A DNA stretch of 64,000 nucleotides from Marsupella aquatica (Eukaryota; Plantae; Marchantiophyta). Positions 62,000 to 64,000 of the stretch are shown here, in pieces (position 1 is the stretch's first letter; each line of letters starts with the position of its first letter). Under the pieces are notes generated by a model. It was not told the DNA's origin. It saw only the letters and a list, made by a program, of their open reading frames with translations, and made no database searches. A program made the position numbers and the translations under genes. The stretch is taken from the NCBI GenBank assembly GCA_973895155.1, contig OZ316894.1, forward strand, positions 25,963,240-26,027,239, written 5' to 3'.

Positions 62000-62620
62000 C
62001 ACAAAAGATGTCGTGTCGCCCAAGATGTTGTGAAGAAAAAAGATGTGTCACCCAAGATGTCATGGAGAAAAATATATTGTGTTGCCCAAGATGTCATGAA
62101 GCTTAGTGTCTTGGCTTTGGTCGCCCCAATGCCAAGACCCCTTGGGGCAATGAAATGGCTTGGCTGCCTTTTCTCTGAGAAAATGAGGGTTACATCTCAA
62201 GTTTTGGGTACTTATTGTTTTATTCGATACAGCCCGATGCCCGTGTGTTGCAGAAAAGATGTTGAGGTGACGAAGACTGAGATGTCAAGGTGAAAGAGAT
62301 GTGAATGAGAGAAAGAGATGTCGAGGTGAGGAAAAGAAGTCAATGTGAAAGAAATTCATGAGAGAAAGAGATGTCAAGGCGAGGAAAAAATTTAAAGATG
62401 AGAAAAAGCTGTGAGGGAGAGAAAAAAATGTTGAGGTGAGGGAAAGATGTTGCGGTGAGATGCATATATATGTCAAGGTGAGAAAAAGGTAAGAGGTTGA
62501 GGTGAGAAAAGATGGTGAGGTGAAAAAAAGATGTAAAGATGAGTTAAAGATGTCGAGGAGAGAAAAAATGTTGAGGGTGAGATAACAATGTCAATGTGAG
62601 AAAAAAATAGGAAGATGAGT
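62000..62620. repeat. Degenerate purine-rich ~20-bp repeats (gatgtc.aggtgagaaaa)
   Basis: Recurrent agatgt...ggtgag...aaaa units. Confidence 0.65.
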
Positions 62621-64000
62621 AAAGGTATCAAGGTAAGGTAAAGTTGTGGTGATGTTCAATAAACCGTGCGTTGCACATAGAATTGGAGACGTGAGATAAC
62701 ATCGAGTGCTTGCAGGTCCAAGCACAACCAAGTGATAGGGATAAATAAATTTTTTTGTTTTAAACATTGAAATAAATAAATATAAATTATTTATATTCAA
62801 GTTTTTCCAAAATTTGAAAATTAATATCCAATTTTTTAAATTCCAATTTTAGTAATTATTATTTTTTAATTAAATTTTCATCTTGGTCAGGTTTGGGCAG
62901 GAGGCAATTGAGATTTAAAGGGGTATGGATAGATCTAACGAAGACTGTGTCAGGAGCATAATAAAGGGTTACTATTAATTCACATTTTTTATTGAGTTTG
63001 TAAAAGGAAGTCTACTTGACCCTAGTGTATTGATAGAGTCACTCCTCATTTTCTTTGTCTTGTGTGATTTCTTCTTGTTTGGAAACCGTGCCCTTCATTT
63101 TCATTCACACTAAATTAAATGTTCTTTTTGCTTTATTCCTTATCTTTGTTTACATGTTTTTATGTTTGTCATTTAAAGTACACTGCAAATTTGAAAGACA
63201 GACCACTCTATAAAATGGCGCAACCTTGTATTATAATTTAGGATACTATATACCTTGTCATGAATTTTTTCTATGCTACTACTTTTGTTTGTGGCCAGGT
63301 TTGTGTAATATTAAGAAAATTAATGCAATGGCCTTTATCACACCCAGTTAAAATTAATCAAATTGCCTTTATCACACTTAGTTTTGCAATCCAATGGCCT
63401 GGGTCTCCCTCAATGTGACTTTTACCACCCTTGGGTTAATTGACTGAGAGGTGGATTGTGTAATCCTGTCATATGCCCAGCCTCTATCCAGCTTAGGGTG
63501 GTCAAAGTCACGTACCTTACCTGAGGGAGACCAGAGCTGATTGATCACAGGAATGGGGAGCAATGAGAGCCAAAGGATTTGAAGGAGCTACCCCAGGGTT
63601 GATTTTCTCAACCCAGGAACAAAAACAGTGGCATAGTGATAAATTAAAAAAAATTCAGTGGCAAGGCTGATATGTATTATGCCAAAACTTAGTGACAACT
63701 AGAGAATCACAGAATTTCAAAATGTGTGTCTGACTTTGTTCCTCAGCTGCTTGGTTTATCCGGTGACTTTTCTGTGTCATGGAATTCTTTGAAAGGGGGT
63801 GGTTGCAAGGGTGGTTGGGTCCTCAGCGGGGAACTAAAGTGTGTGCTGTGCGGCCTGGGCAATGAGGGAACACATGCCTCTATGGGCATGGGTGGAATCT
63901 TGGTCACGGGCCAATTCAACAAGGCAGTTGCAACTATGACAAGGCAATAAAGACAAGGTTTCCACAACCACAACACAAGTGAAATAGCAACAATTCTGCC

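Overview
Land-plant genomic DNA (spliceosomal introns; possibly a bryophyte, which is inference only). Host genes: a multi-exon starch synthase 4 (12488-20200, -) and an intronless CLASSY-like SNF2 remodeler (25766-29299, -). The left part also holds a 5'-truncated RLE-type (CRE-like) non-LTR retrotransposon, two MITEs and degenerate repeats. The right half is a 30.8-kb nested complex. An ~11.5-kb hAT element (8-bp TSD catatatg) carries a kinase and a RING-H2 pseudogene. Two related ~9.6-kb DNA transposons (15-bp TIRs, 8-bp TSDs) inserted into it, one splitting the hAT transposase and one splitting the kinase. These two elements are the most novel system here. Each encodes a ~1490-aa two-exon P-element-like DDE transposase and a stand-alone EDM2-like multi-PHD chromatin-reader protein. 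Each also has a ~60-nt mascRNA/tRNA-like structure just after the transposase stop, supported by three compensatory base-pair changes. All analysis was by eye; no searches were run.
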